From the NCBI GenBank assembly GCA_965248695.1, contig CBDFKD010000002.1:2005201-2069200 (forward strand): 64,000 bases of DNA, in the 5' to 3' direction. The notes beneath the pieces are model-generated. The model made no database searches, had not been told where the DNA came from, and worked only from the letters and a program-made list of their open reading frames with translations. Made by a program: the position numbers and the translations under genes. Positions 28,649 through 37,528 of the stretch are shown in pieces. Each line of letters starts with the position of its first letter. Position 1 is the first letter of the stretch. The DNA is from Acidobacteriota bacterium. GTDB lineage: Bacteria; Acidobacteriota; UBA890; WLXD01.

Positions 28649-29467
28649 ATGAGCGCCGAAGACGCGATGGACTATGACGACCTGATCGGGCTCTTCGAGC
28701 TCGTCTGGGGTGACGGGTACATGTCACCCGGCGGCCCCGAGGAGGTCGCGATGTTGCTGGGCAGTCTCGACCTGACCGGTGCCGAGATGCTCGACGTTGG
28801 CTGCGGCACCGGCGGCGTCGACGTCGAGCTCATTCGCACCCACGGCGCCGCACACGTGCTGGGAATCGATGTCAACGCCGGGCTGATCGAGCGCGCCCGG
28901 GCACGGGCGGAACGCCACGGGCTCAGCGAGCGGCTCGCGTTCCGGTGTGTCGAGCCGGGTCCGCTGGAGCTCGATGATGCTTCGGTCGACTCAGTGTTCA
29001 GCAAGGACGCCATCCTTCATATGCCCGACAAAGCTGCGTTCCTCGACGACGTGTTCCGCGTTCTGCGCCCCGGCGGCAGCTTCGTCGCCAGCGACTGGTT
29101 GCGTCGCGACCCCCAGCCCCCGAGCGCGGACATGCGCTACTGGATCGAAACCGAAGGCCTGGGGTTCGTTCCCGCGTCTCCCGAGGACTACGGCCGGTCA
29201 TTCGCCGACAGCGGTTTCGGGTCCGGCCGACTGATCGATCGCAACGCCTGGTATCGCGAGATTGCCCGCACCGAACACGCACGCATGGCAGCGGGTGGGG
29301 ACCTCAACGAGCGCGTCCACGACCTGCTCGGAGAGGAGAACGCACTCCGCGAGATCGAAGCCTGGCGCGCGATGACGGTCGTGCTCGACAGCGGCGAGCT
29401 GCGACCGACCCACCTGCGCGCACACAAGCCGTCGGAAACGGCAGAGCATCTCAGGAGCGACCCATGA
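28649..29467 (+). CDS. Class I SAM-dependent methyltransferase
   Basis: Track ORF 28550..29467, with the start moved to M34 (MSAEDAMDYDD). Motif I MLDVGCGTGGV is present. The stop overlaps the next gene's start (ATGA). Confidence 0.8.
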   Translation: MSAEDAMDYDDLIGLFELVWGDGYMSPGGPEEVAMLLGSLDLTGAEMLDVGCGTGGVDVELIRTHGAAHVLGIDVNAGLIERARARAERHGLSERLAFRCVEPGPLELDDASVDSVFSKDAILHMPDKAAFLDDVFRVLRPGGSFVASDWLRRDPQPPSADMRYWIETEGLGFVPASPEDYGRSFADSGFGSGRLIDRNAWYREIARTEHARMAAGGDLNERVHDLLGEENALREIEAWRAMTVVLDSGELRPTHLRAHKPSETAEHLRSDP

Positions 29468-30357
29468 GCAGCGGAGAGGCAGTCGGTACCATCGCCGGAC
29501 TCTGGAGGTTCCCGGTCAAATCGATGTGCGGAGAGCAACTCCAGGAGGCGGTTGTCACCGAACACGGACTCCTGGGCGACCGCTCCCATGCGCTCATCGA
29601 CCTCGACACCGGCAAGGTGGTGAGCGCCAAGAGCGTTCGACTGTTCCCCGAGCTGCTCGAATGCGAGGCGAGCTTCGTCGAAGCTCCGCAGCCGGAACGA
29701 CAGCTGCCGCCCGTGCGAATCACCTTGCCGGACGGCACCGACGTCGCCAGCGACGCTGGCAACTCGGATCGCGCGCTGTCGAGCTTCTTCCACCGCAACG
29801 TGACGCTTGCCGGCGCGGCGCCCGACGACTTCACCATCGATCTGTACTATCCGGATCTCGAGGATCTGGACCCGGCCGGACACCGGGACGAGATGGTCGA
29901 GCAGAAGCTCGGCGCGGCCCTCTTCGCCCAGCTCGGCGTCGACTCCCCGGTTCCCGACGGCTCGTTCATGGACGTGTTCCCGATCTCGGTCCTGACGGCC
30001 TCCACCCTCGCGCGTTTGCGCCAGATCCGTCCGCAGAGCGATTTCGACGAGCGTCGGTTCAGAATGAACCTGATCATCGACACCGAGCAAGCGGGATTCC
30101 CGGAGAACGACTGGGTGGGTTCCGAGCTCAGGATCGGGGAAGCTGTACGGCTCGGCGTTGCCGCGCCCGACGCTCGCTGTGTGATGACCACCCTGGCGCA
30201 GGGCGACCTGCCGAGGGACACGGATGTTCTACGAACCCTCGCTCGTCACAACAGAATCTCGGTTGGCGAGATCGGCCAGTTTCCCTGCGCCGGCGCCTAC
30301 GCGACGGTCGCAGCACCGGGGACCGTGAGAATAGGTGACCCGGTGAGGCTCGCCTGA
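29464..30357 (+). CDS. MOSC domain protein (MOSC_N beta-barrel plus MOSC)
   Basis: A 297-aa ORF with the N-terminal motif GLWRFPVKSMCGEQL, typical of YcbX-like MOSC proteins. Confidence 0.8.
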   Translation: MSSGEAVGTIAGLWRFPVKSMCGEQLQEAVVTEHGLLGDRSHALIDLDTGKVVSAKSVRLFPELLECEASFVEAPQPERQLPPVRITLPDGTDVASDAGNSDRALSSFFHRNVTLAGAAPDDFTIDLYYPDLEDLDPAGHRDEMVEQKLGAALFAQLGVDSPVPDGSFMDVFPISVLTASTLARLRQIRPQSDFDERRFRMNLIIDTEQAGFPENDWVGSELRIGEAVRLGVAAPDARCVMTTLAQGDLPRDTDVLRTLARHNRISVGEIGQFPCAGAYATVAAPGTVRIGDPVRLA

Positions 30358-30422
30358 ACGAGGCCGAATCCGGTGCTCTGTTTGACGCCGATTACCGGCA
30401 CCCGGCGAATTCGACCGCGCTC

Positions 30423-31667
30423 TCAGCCCACCACGCCGGCGCGCTCGAGGGCCGCGTGCAGCAGCACGTTGGCGCCAGCTTCGAGATCAGTGGGCTCGAC
30501 GTGCTCGGCCTCGTTGTGGCTGAGGCCATCCTTGCAAGGCACGAAGATCATGCTCGTGGGCGCGACGTGGGAAACGTAGACTGCGTCATGTCCGGCGCCG
30601 CTGACGATGTCCATCGCAGCGCACCCAACGGTGTCGGCGGCCTTGCGTACCGCGGCGATGCATCCGGAATCGAACCCCACAGGAACAGCGGACCAGATGT
30701 GGTCGATCGAATGCTCCAGACGAAACGCTGCGGCAGCCTCCGCGGTCGCGTCGCGAAGCTCGGCGTCCATGGCCTCGAGCTCGATCTCCTCGGGGTGTCG
30801 GATGTCGATCGTGAACGCGACGCTGCCCGGCACGGTATTGCGCGAGCCACGGCCGGTGTGGAGCTCGCCGACAGTCGCCCGACCAGACGGCGCCCGATCG
30901 GTCGCGAGCGCATAGATACGTGGCAACAGGGCGGCCGCGCCAGCGAGGGCGTCGCGCCGCACCTCCATCGGCGTGGGTCCGGCATGCGCCTCCGCGCCGG
31001 TCAGCTCGACGTCGTACCAGCGCATACCCTGGACGCCGATGACGATGCCGACCGGAATGCCGGCTTGCTCGAGAATCGGACCCTGTTCGATATGCAGCTC
31101 GAAGCAAGCGCCCAGCGGATGGGCGCCGACCTCCATCGCACCGCGATAGCCGATGCGATCCAACTCCTCGCCGATCGTGCGACCCTCTGGATCGGCCCGG
31201 CTCCAGGCGTACTCGAGATCGAACACGCCCGCGAACGCCCCCGACGAGATGATTGCGGGAGGAAACCGGGCGCCCTCCTCGTTGGTCCAGTTGATCACCT
31301 CGAGGGGGGCCACCGTGCGGACGCCCGCGTCATTCAGAGTGCGGACAGCTTCGAGCCCGGCCAGTACGCCATAGGCGCCGTCGTACTTTCCGCCGGTAGG
31401 CTGGCTATCGAGATGGCTCGCCATCGCGACCGGGGGCAGGCTGTCGTCAATGCCCGGCCGACGGGCGAACATGTTCCCCATGGCATCGACGGCGACGGTA
31501 CAGCCGGCGTCGGCGCACCAGCGAGCAAACAGGTCGCGCGCTTCGCGGTCGCCGTCGGTCAAGGCCTGCCGGTTGACCCCGCCTTTCGGCGTGGCGCCGA
31601 TCGAGGCCATCTCCATAAGGCTGGAGACCAGTCGCGTGCCGTTGATGCGGAGGTTGTGGATACTCAT
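30423..31667 (-). CDS. M20-family Zn-dependent amidase (N-carbamoyl-amino-acid hydrolase / allantoate amidohydrolase type)
   Basis: Track ORF 30423..31790, with the start moved to M42 (MSIHNLRINGTRL). Family blocks seen: SHLDSQPTGGKYDGAYGV, IIGVQGMRWYDVELTGAEAHAG, SGAGHDA. Confidence 0.8.
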   Translation of the reverse strand: MSIHNLRINGTRLVSSLMEMASIGATPKGGVNRQALTDGDREARDLFARWCADAGCTVAVDAMGNMFARRPGIDDSLPPVAMASHLDSQPTGGKYDGAYGVLAGLEAVRTLNDAGVRTVAPLEVINWTNEEGARFPPAIISSGAFAGVFDLEYAWSRADPEGRTIGEELDRIGYRGAMEVGAHPLGACFELHIEQGPILEQAGIPVGIVIGVQGMRWYDVELTGAEAHAGPTPMEVRRDALAGAAALLPRIYALATDRAPSGRATVGELHTGRGSRNTVPGSVAFTIDIRHPEEIELEAMDAELRDATAEAAAAFRLEHSIDHIWSAVPVGFDSGCIAAVRKAADTVGCAAMDIVSGAGHDAVYVSHVAPTSMIFVPCKDGLSHNEAEHVEPTDLEAGANVLLHAALERAGVVG

Positions 31668-31689
31668 CGTCTCGATACCAGGCGGTCCA

Positions 31690-32862
31690 CTAGTTCCCCA
31701 ACCGCTGCTCATGCGGCCGTAGCAGCATGCGCGCGATGATGTGGCGCTGGATCTCGCTGGTTCCCTCCCAGATGCGCTCCACACGGGCATCGCGCCACAT
31801 GCGCTCCAGCGGCAGCTCGGAGACCAGGCCCATGCCGCCGAAGATCTGCAGCGCCTCGTCGGTCACCCGCCCGAGCATCTCGCTGGTGTAGAGCTTTGCC
31901 ATGGCGGCATCGTTCTCGGTCATCGTGCCCTGGTCGTGCTTCCAGGCAGCGCGGAACGTCAACAGCTCGCCGGCCTCGAGCTCGGTGGCCATGTCGGCGA
32001 GCTTGAACGAGACGCCCTGGAACTTTCCGATCGTGCGGCCGAACTGCTTGCGCGTCGCTGCCCACTCGGTGGCCACTTCCAGAGCGCGCCGGGCCTTGCC
32101 GATCGAGTTGGCGGCGGTGCCGATGCGCGCCGCCGACAGCCAGGCGTTGGCGAGCTCGAACCCCCTGCCTTCCTCACCGAGCATCTTCGAGCCCGGAACC
32201 CGGCAGTCATCGAAGAACAGCTCGCAGTGATGGAAGCCGCGCAGCCCAACCGCCTGCGAGCCCCGATGCCAGGTGAACCCGGGAGTGTCCTTATCGACCA
32301 GGAACGTCGTCACTCGAGCCTTGGGGCCGCGCGGCGTCTCGTCGACCCCGGTGGACACGAACAGGATGATGAAGTCGGCCACGTCGGCGTACGAGGCGAA
32401 GTGCTTGGACCCGTTGATCACCCAGTCGTCGCCGTCCTGCACCGCGCGCGTGGTGATGCCGCGAACGTCAGAGCCGGCGTCCGGCTCGCTCATCGAGACG
32501 CAGTCGAAGCGCTCGCCTCGAATGCACGGCATCAGGTACTCCTCGATCTGATCGCCCGTACAGCCCTGGAGAATGTTGCTGGGCCGGTACACCTCCCAGT
32601 GCAACGCCAGGTTGGTGCGCCCGAGCTCACGCTCCAGCAGCATGTGGGTGACCGTGTCGAGCCCGCCGCCGCCGAGCTCTTCCGGCATGTTGGCGGCCCA
32701 GAGCCCGGCGTCCATGGCTGCCGTACGAATTTGCTGTCGCAGCTCGTCGGATAGCTCGCAGGTGCGCTCCACCTCTTCCTCGTGAGGAATGAGCTCTCGT
32801 TCGACGAAGGCGCGGACGGTCTCGACGACCATCTCCTGCTCGTCGGTCAGCTGGAATTGCAT
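31690..32862 (-). CDS. Acyl-CoA dehydrogenase
   Basis: Track ORF 31690..32913, with the start moved to M18 (MQFQLTDEQEMV). ACAD motifs MSEPDAGSD and a C-terminal IWEGTSEIQRHI are present. Confidence 0.85.
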   Translation of the reverse strand: MQFQLTDEQEMVVETVRAFVERELIPHEEEVERTCELSDELRQQIRTAAMDAGLWAANMPEELGGGGLDTVTHMLLERELGRTNLALHWEVYRPSNILQGCTGDQIEEYLMPCIRGERFDCVSMSEPDAGSDVRGITTRAVQDGDDWVINGSKHFASYADVADFIILFVSTGVDETPRGPKARVTTFLVDKDTPGFTWHRGSQAVGLRGFHHCELFFDDCRVPGSKMLGEEGRGFELANAWLSAARIGTAANSIGKARRALEVATEWAATRKQFGRTIGKFQGVSFKLADMATELEAGELLTFRAAWKHDQGTMTENDAAMAKLYTSEMLGRVTDEALQIFGGMGLVSELPLERMWRDARVERIWEGTSEIQRHIIARMLLRPHEQRLGN

Positions 32863-33086
32863 GGCGCCACGCTCCCTTCGCGCTGATGCGCGTCGTCTTT
32901 CTTGGCTCTCCATACATGGGAGGACCGGGCGGTCCGCCGAAACGTCTCACAGCCTCCGCGGTGCGAGGCGCATGGTAGCGGCCTGCCAACGCCGACGCGA
33001 ACCGTGCGAGTATACGGAGCGGTTCCCGGCGATCGCCGGAGGCACAGTGCGGGCGCCAACACATTCGATTCGATCGTGAGAACGCG

Positions 33087-34010
33087 ATGACCGAAACCCC
33101 ATTCAGGACACGACTCGCCAACGGCGGCACACCGACGCTCGACAACTGGGGAATGGACTCCGAGCACGGCGGGCTGCGCGACGTGCTTCTCGGCCCCGCC
33201 GACAGCTTCTACTGGATGGAAGACAACGCACAGTTCAGCTCGATCACGCGCGCGACACTCGAGTCAGGCGAGAAGTTCGACCCTGCTCGCGCCATGGCCC
33301 AGCACGGCGAAATGGTGGACGCCTATCGCTCAGCCGGGGTGACCGTACACCTGCTCGAGGTCGACGAGGCCACTCCGTACCAGGTCTACGCGCGCGACTC
33401 GAGCTTCATGACGCCGTACGGCGCCGTCGCCTGCCAGCTCGCCAACCCCCGTCGCCGCGGCGAGTACGCCTCGGTCATGCGTTTCTATGCCAGCGCCGGC
33501 ATCCCGATGTACGACCTCGTCTCGGCCGGCAACTTCGAGGGCGGCGACTTCAACATCATCGGCCCCGAGTGCGTCCTCATCGGCTACACCGGGTTTCGCT
33601 GCGAGGAGGTGGCCGCCAAGCAGATCGGCGGCTGGATGGAAGCGGAGGGATGGGAGGTGCGCTACGCGCCCATCGACCCGTTCTATGTTCACATCGATCT
33701 GATGGTCTGCATGCTGGCCGAGAAAGCCTGCGCCGTGTGTATGGAGACCACCGATCCATCGATCGTCGCGTGGCTCGAGGGCAAGGGCATCGAGATCGTG
33801 CCGGTGAGCTTCAAGGACACCATGACGCTGGGGTGCAACGTCATGGCGCTGGGCAACGATCGTGTGTTGTCGACCGCCGACAGCACCGACCTCAACGCGC
33901 GTCTGCGCGCCATGGGCTTCGAGGTCTACGATCCGGACGTGTCGATGTTCACCAAGGGCGGCGGCGGGGTTCATTGCATGGCCCAGCCGCTGCGTCGCGA
34001 CAGCGTTTGA
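33087..34010 (+). CDS. Amidinotransferase-superfamily enzyme (DDAH / arginine-deiminase-like guanidino-modifying fold)
   Basis: A 307-aa ORF with a C-terminal GGGGVHCM catalytic Cys motif and overall DDAH-like organisation. Confidence 0.7.
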   Translation: MTETPFRTRLANGGTPTLDNWGMDSEHGGLRDVLLGPADSFYWMEDNAQFSSITRATLESGEKFDPARAMAQHGEMVDAYRSAGVTVHLLEVDEATPYQVYARDSSFMTPYGAVACQLANPRRRGEYASVMRFYASAGIPMYDLVSAGNFEGGDFNIIGPECVLIGYTGFRCEEVAAKQIGGWMEAEGWEVRYAPIDPFYVHIDLMVCMLAEKACAVCMETTDPSIVAWLEGKGIEIVPVSFKDTMTLGCNVMALGNDRVLSTADSTDLNARLRAMGFEVYDPDVSMFTKGGGGVHCMAQPLRRDSV

Positions 34011-34064
34011 GGAAGTGATCTGGCAAGCGGCCACCGGGGAGCGACAGAGGCAGGCGATGCGATC

Positions 34065-35612
34065 GTGAGTAGGGCGCCCAGACGCGGCCGGCGCAGCGGT
34101 GGACGAGCGGCCAACCTCCGAGGTAAGGGCGCGGCGATCGCCCAGCTCCCCTGGAGCCTGCCGGTCAATCGCGACCAGCCGACGGAACCGCTAGCCGAGG
34201 ACGGCGTGCAGGCGGTTCATGACGGCGCCATGCGCATCCTCGAGGAGATCGGCATCGAGTTCCTCCATCCGGAGGCGGTCGAGATATTGCGCCACGCAGG
34301 CTGCATCGTCGACGGCGAAAACGTCCGCATCGGCCGCGAGCTGGTGATGGCGCAGCTGCAGCACGCGCCATCGAGCTTCACTCTCACACCGCGCAATCCG
34401 GAGCGGCGAATCGAGATCGGCGGCGACCGCATGGTCTTCGGTAACGTCTCCAGCCCGCCGAACTGCTCCGATCTCGATCGCGGTCGGCGCACCGGTACGC
34501 GCGACAGCTACCGCGATCTCATCAAGCTGACCCAATACTTCAACTGCATCCATTTCGCCGGCGGGTACCCGGTCGAGCCGATGGACCTGCATCCCTCGAT
34601 CCGGCACCTCGACTGCCTCTACGACAAGCTGGTGCTGACCGACAAGGTGGTCCACGCCTACAGCCTCGGTAAGGAGCGCGTCGAGGATGTCATGGAAATG
34701 GTGCGCATCGCCGGCGACCTGACGCCCGACGAGTTCGAGGCCACACCGAGGCTTTACACCAACATCAACTCGAGCTCACCGCTCAGGCACGACTACCCGA
34801 TGCTCGACGGCGCCATGCGACTGGCCCGCCACGGCCAGGCCGTTGTGGTGACGCCATTCACCTTGGCCGGCGCAATGGCGCCGGTGACCATGGTCGGGGC
34901 GGTAACGCTGTCGATGGCCGAGGGCCTCGCGGCGATCGCCCTGTTGCAGCTGATCAATCCCGGCTGCGCGACCGCCATCGGTACCTTCACCTCGAACGTC
35001 GACATGAAGACCGGCGCCCCTGCCTTCGGCACACCCGACTACATGCGCGCCACCCAGATGTCGGGCCAGATGGCGCGCTTCTACGGCCTGCCGCTGCGCG
35101 CCTCGAACGCCTGTGCCGCCAACTGCCCGGATAGCCAGTCGGCGTGGGAGAGCGCCTTCTCGCTCTGGTCCGCCGTGTCATCGCGAGTGAACATGGTCTA
35201 TCACGCTGCCGGCTGGCTCGAGGGCGGGCTCTGCGCCTCGTACGAGAAGTTCGTGATGGACTGCGAGACGGTGCAGCAGATCATCGCGTATCTCGAGCCG
35301 ACCTCGGTCACCGAGGCCGACATCGCAGTCGATGCGGTGCGAGAAGTCGGCCCCGGCGGCCATTTCTTCGGCTGCGCGCACACCCAGGAGCGTTACGAGA
35401 CGGCGTTCTACAGCCCGTTCCTGTCGGACTGGTCGAACTTCGAGAGCTGGGAGGAGCGCGGCGCGATCCGCACGCCCGAGCGCGCCAACAAGATCTGGAA
35501 GCAGATCCTGGCGGAATTCGACCCCCCGCCGATCGATGCGGCGATTGACGAGGCCCTTCAGGCGTTCGTGGCCAGGCGTAAGGAGGAGGGCGGCGCGCCG
35601 ACCGACTTCTAG
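34065..35612 (+). CDS. MttB-superfamily methyltransferase (trimethylamine methyltransferase family, non-pyrrolysine type)
   Basis: A 515-aa ORF with a GTG start at 34065. It shows MttB-family similarity throughout (N-terminal ...AMRILEEIGIEFLHPEAVEIL...) and has no internal TAG. No corrinoid-protein gene is nearby. Confidence 0.75.
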   Translation: MSRAPRRGRRSGGRAANLRGKGAAIAQLPWSLPVNRDQPTEPLAEDGVQAVHDGAMRILEEIGIEFLHPEAVEILRHAGCIVDGENVRIGRELVMAQLQHAPSSFTLTPRNPERRIEIGGDRMVFGNVSSPPNCSDLDRGRRTGTRDSYRDLIKLTQYFNCIHFAGGYPVEPMDLHPSIRHLDCLYDKLVLTDKVVHAYSLGKERVEDVMEMVRIAGDLTPDEFEATPRLYTNINSSSPLRHDYPMLDGAMRLARHGQAVVVTPFTLAGAMAPVTMVGAVTLSMAEGLAAIALLQLINPGCATAIGTFTSNVDMKTGAPAFGTPDYMRATQMSGQMARFYGLPLRASNACAANCPDSQSAWESAFSLWSAVSSRVNMVYHAAGWLEGGLCASYEKFVMDCETVQQIIAYLEPTSVTEADIAVDAVREVGPGGHFFGCAHTQERYETAFYSPFLSDWSNFESWEERGAIRTPERANKIWKQILAEFDPPPIDAAIDEALQAFVARRKEEGGAPTDF

Positions 35613-35657
35613 ACGACGAGAAGACTCACGGATGGCGGCGCGGAGATCGGAGAGTCG

Positions 35658-36803
35658 ATGAGTGACGACGAGCGGCAACAGCAGCAGCCGCACATCGCGT
35701 GGACTACCACCGAGCCGCAGTCATTCGGGCACGGCTGGGTCAGCGGCCTGTTGTCGGCGATTCTCGGCATCGTCGGGCTCGGGGTAGTGCTCTGCTTCCA
35801 CTTCCCGGCGCTGCTCACCGTTCCGGAGCTACGCACCTACTACCCGCTTCCTTTCGTCCGTGCGACCTTGCACGTCGTCCTGGTCGCCTCGTTCCTGCTC
35901 GGTGTCCTCAGCCTGTGTCTCCGATCCAACAAGGCGCTCGGGTCCGTGGGCATCACGCTGACGGTGATCGCTGCCGCGCTGGGCGGCTCACGCGTCCCCG
36001 TGGATGGTGGTGTCGCCTCTGGCCCGTTCCTCGGAATGGACTGGTTCCTGCTGAACCTGGTGCTGTACTCCGCCTTCTATATCCCGCTGGAGCGATTCTT
36101 CGCGAAGTACCCGGAGCAGCCCACGTTCCGCAGCGAATGGCAGGTCGACCTCACATACTTCTTCCTAAACACCCTGCTGATCCAGGTGATGACGTTGCTC
36201 ACCATGCGACCGGCCATGGTGTTCTTCGACTGGGCGCGGATCGCGCCGATCTACGACACGGTGTCCGGGCTCCCGGTCCTCGTCCAGGTGCCGGCGATCC
36301 TGCTGGTCGCCGACCTGACGCAGTACTGGGTGCACCGCACCTTCCATGTGATCCCGTTCCTGTGGCGATTCCACGCCATCCATCATTCCGCCGAGGCAAT
36401 GGACTGGCTGGCGGGATCACGCCTGCACCTGGTGGATGCCGTCGTCACTCGCGCGGTGACCTACGTGCCGATATACGTCCTCGGGTTCTCCGAAACGGCG
36501 CTCTAGACATACGTAGTAGCCGTCGTTGTGCAGGCGACGTTCATCCACGCCAATGTGCGCTGGGAGTTCGGCTGGGCCCGTCGGGTGATCGCGACACCCC
36601 GGTTCCATCACTGGCATCACGCCGCCGAGCCTGAGGCCATCGACAAGAACTTCTGCGTCCACACGCCGCTGTGGGACTGGCTGTTCGGCACCCTGTACCA
36701 CCCCGATCGCTGGCCGCTGAAGTATGGGCTTTGTGGCCAGCGGGACGTGCCCGCCGGTTGGTTCCAGCAGCTCCTGTACCCGTTTCGGGGGAAGTCCTCG
36801 TGA
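35658..36803 (+). pseudogene. Fatty-acid hydroxylase / sterol-desaturase family gene interrupted by an in-frame TAG at 36504-36506
   Basis: Track ORFs 35658..36506 and 36528..36803 are in the same frame. His boxes 1 and 2 (HRTFH, HAIHH) lie in the first part and box 3 (HHWHH) plus the WDWLFGT motif lie in the second. Conservation (...IHANVRWEFGW...TPRFHHWHH) runs continuously across the stop. Confidence 0.7.
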
Positions 36804-37522
36804 GGCTCCTGCCAGACGACGCCAACACCCTGACGACGCTGTCCCCGTCGGGAAACCGGAAGGACGCCGATCCGGACAACCAGGCAAACGCGCCGGCCAG
36901 GCGCAAAGCGACGGTGGGTATCACGCCGCTCTCAATCGCAGGCGAGACTCGCGAGCTGCTCCGCGACCGCGTCCGAATTGTCTCGGCGATCATCGCGTTG
37001 GGTGTGGCGCTGTTCGTCGTCCGCGACCTGCTCGCTGAAGAGGGAAGCTACCTACCCTGGGTTCGGGTAGTCCTGGTGGCTACCTTTGGTGGGCTGACGA
37101 TTTGGCTCCGCGCCGCACAGTCGATGACGCTCGACGGGCTGCGCCGACTCGAGATCGTCATGGTGTGGCTGGTATCGGGCTGGTTCGCAATCGACCGGTT
37201 CCACTACATCCACGATGGAAGCGCCAGCGGCGATGCCGCGGCGACCGTGTTCGCGCTCGCCTTCGCGGTGCTCGAGTACGTGCTCGTCATTACGGCGTAC
37301 TCCATCTTCATTCCAAACACGTGGCAGCGTGCTCTCCGCCTGTCTACCCCGCTGGCCCTGCTGCCCGGGCTGATCGTCGGCCTGGTCTTGGGGATGTACC
37401 CCGCAGACGCCGCAACGTTGTGGGCGGTGCTCACACCCATGCGCGTTACGAGCCTGTCCTTGATGCTCGTCATCGCTCTGCTGTTCTCGGCCGGGGGCGC
37501 CCGGCTGATCCACGCGCTGTGA
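36800..37522 (+). CDS. Multi-pass membrane protein of unknown function
   Basis: This is the downstream part of track ORF 36671..37522. The proposed GTG start at 36800 overlaps the hydroxylase stop (GTGA). About 6 hydrophobic segments are predicted. The frame ends at TGA 37523-37525, in frame with the kinase ORF that follows. Confidence 0.5.
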   Translation: MRLLPDDANTLTTLSPSGNRKDADPDNQANAPARRKATVGITPLSIAGETRELLRDRVRIVSAIIALGVALFVVRDLLAEEGSYLPWVRVVLVATFGGLTIWLRAAQSMTLDGLRRLEIVMVWLVSGWFAIDRFHYIHDGSASGDAAATVFALAFAVLEYVLVITAYSIFIPNTWQRALRLSTPLALLPGLIVGLVLGMYPADAATLWAVLTPMRVTSLSLMLVIALLFSAGGARLIHAL

Positions 37523-37528
37523 GAACAG

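Noticed and set aside
36504-36506. Pyrrolysine (amber) decoding of the in-frame TAG, since an MttB-family gene is 0.9 kb upstream.
   Set aside because: The MttB homolog itself has no in-frame TAG (it is the non-Pyl type). No pylT or pylSBCD genes are visible. The interrupted gene is a hydroxylase and not a methyltransferase. A nonsense mutation or sequencing error is far more likely.
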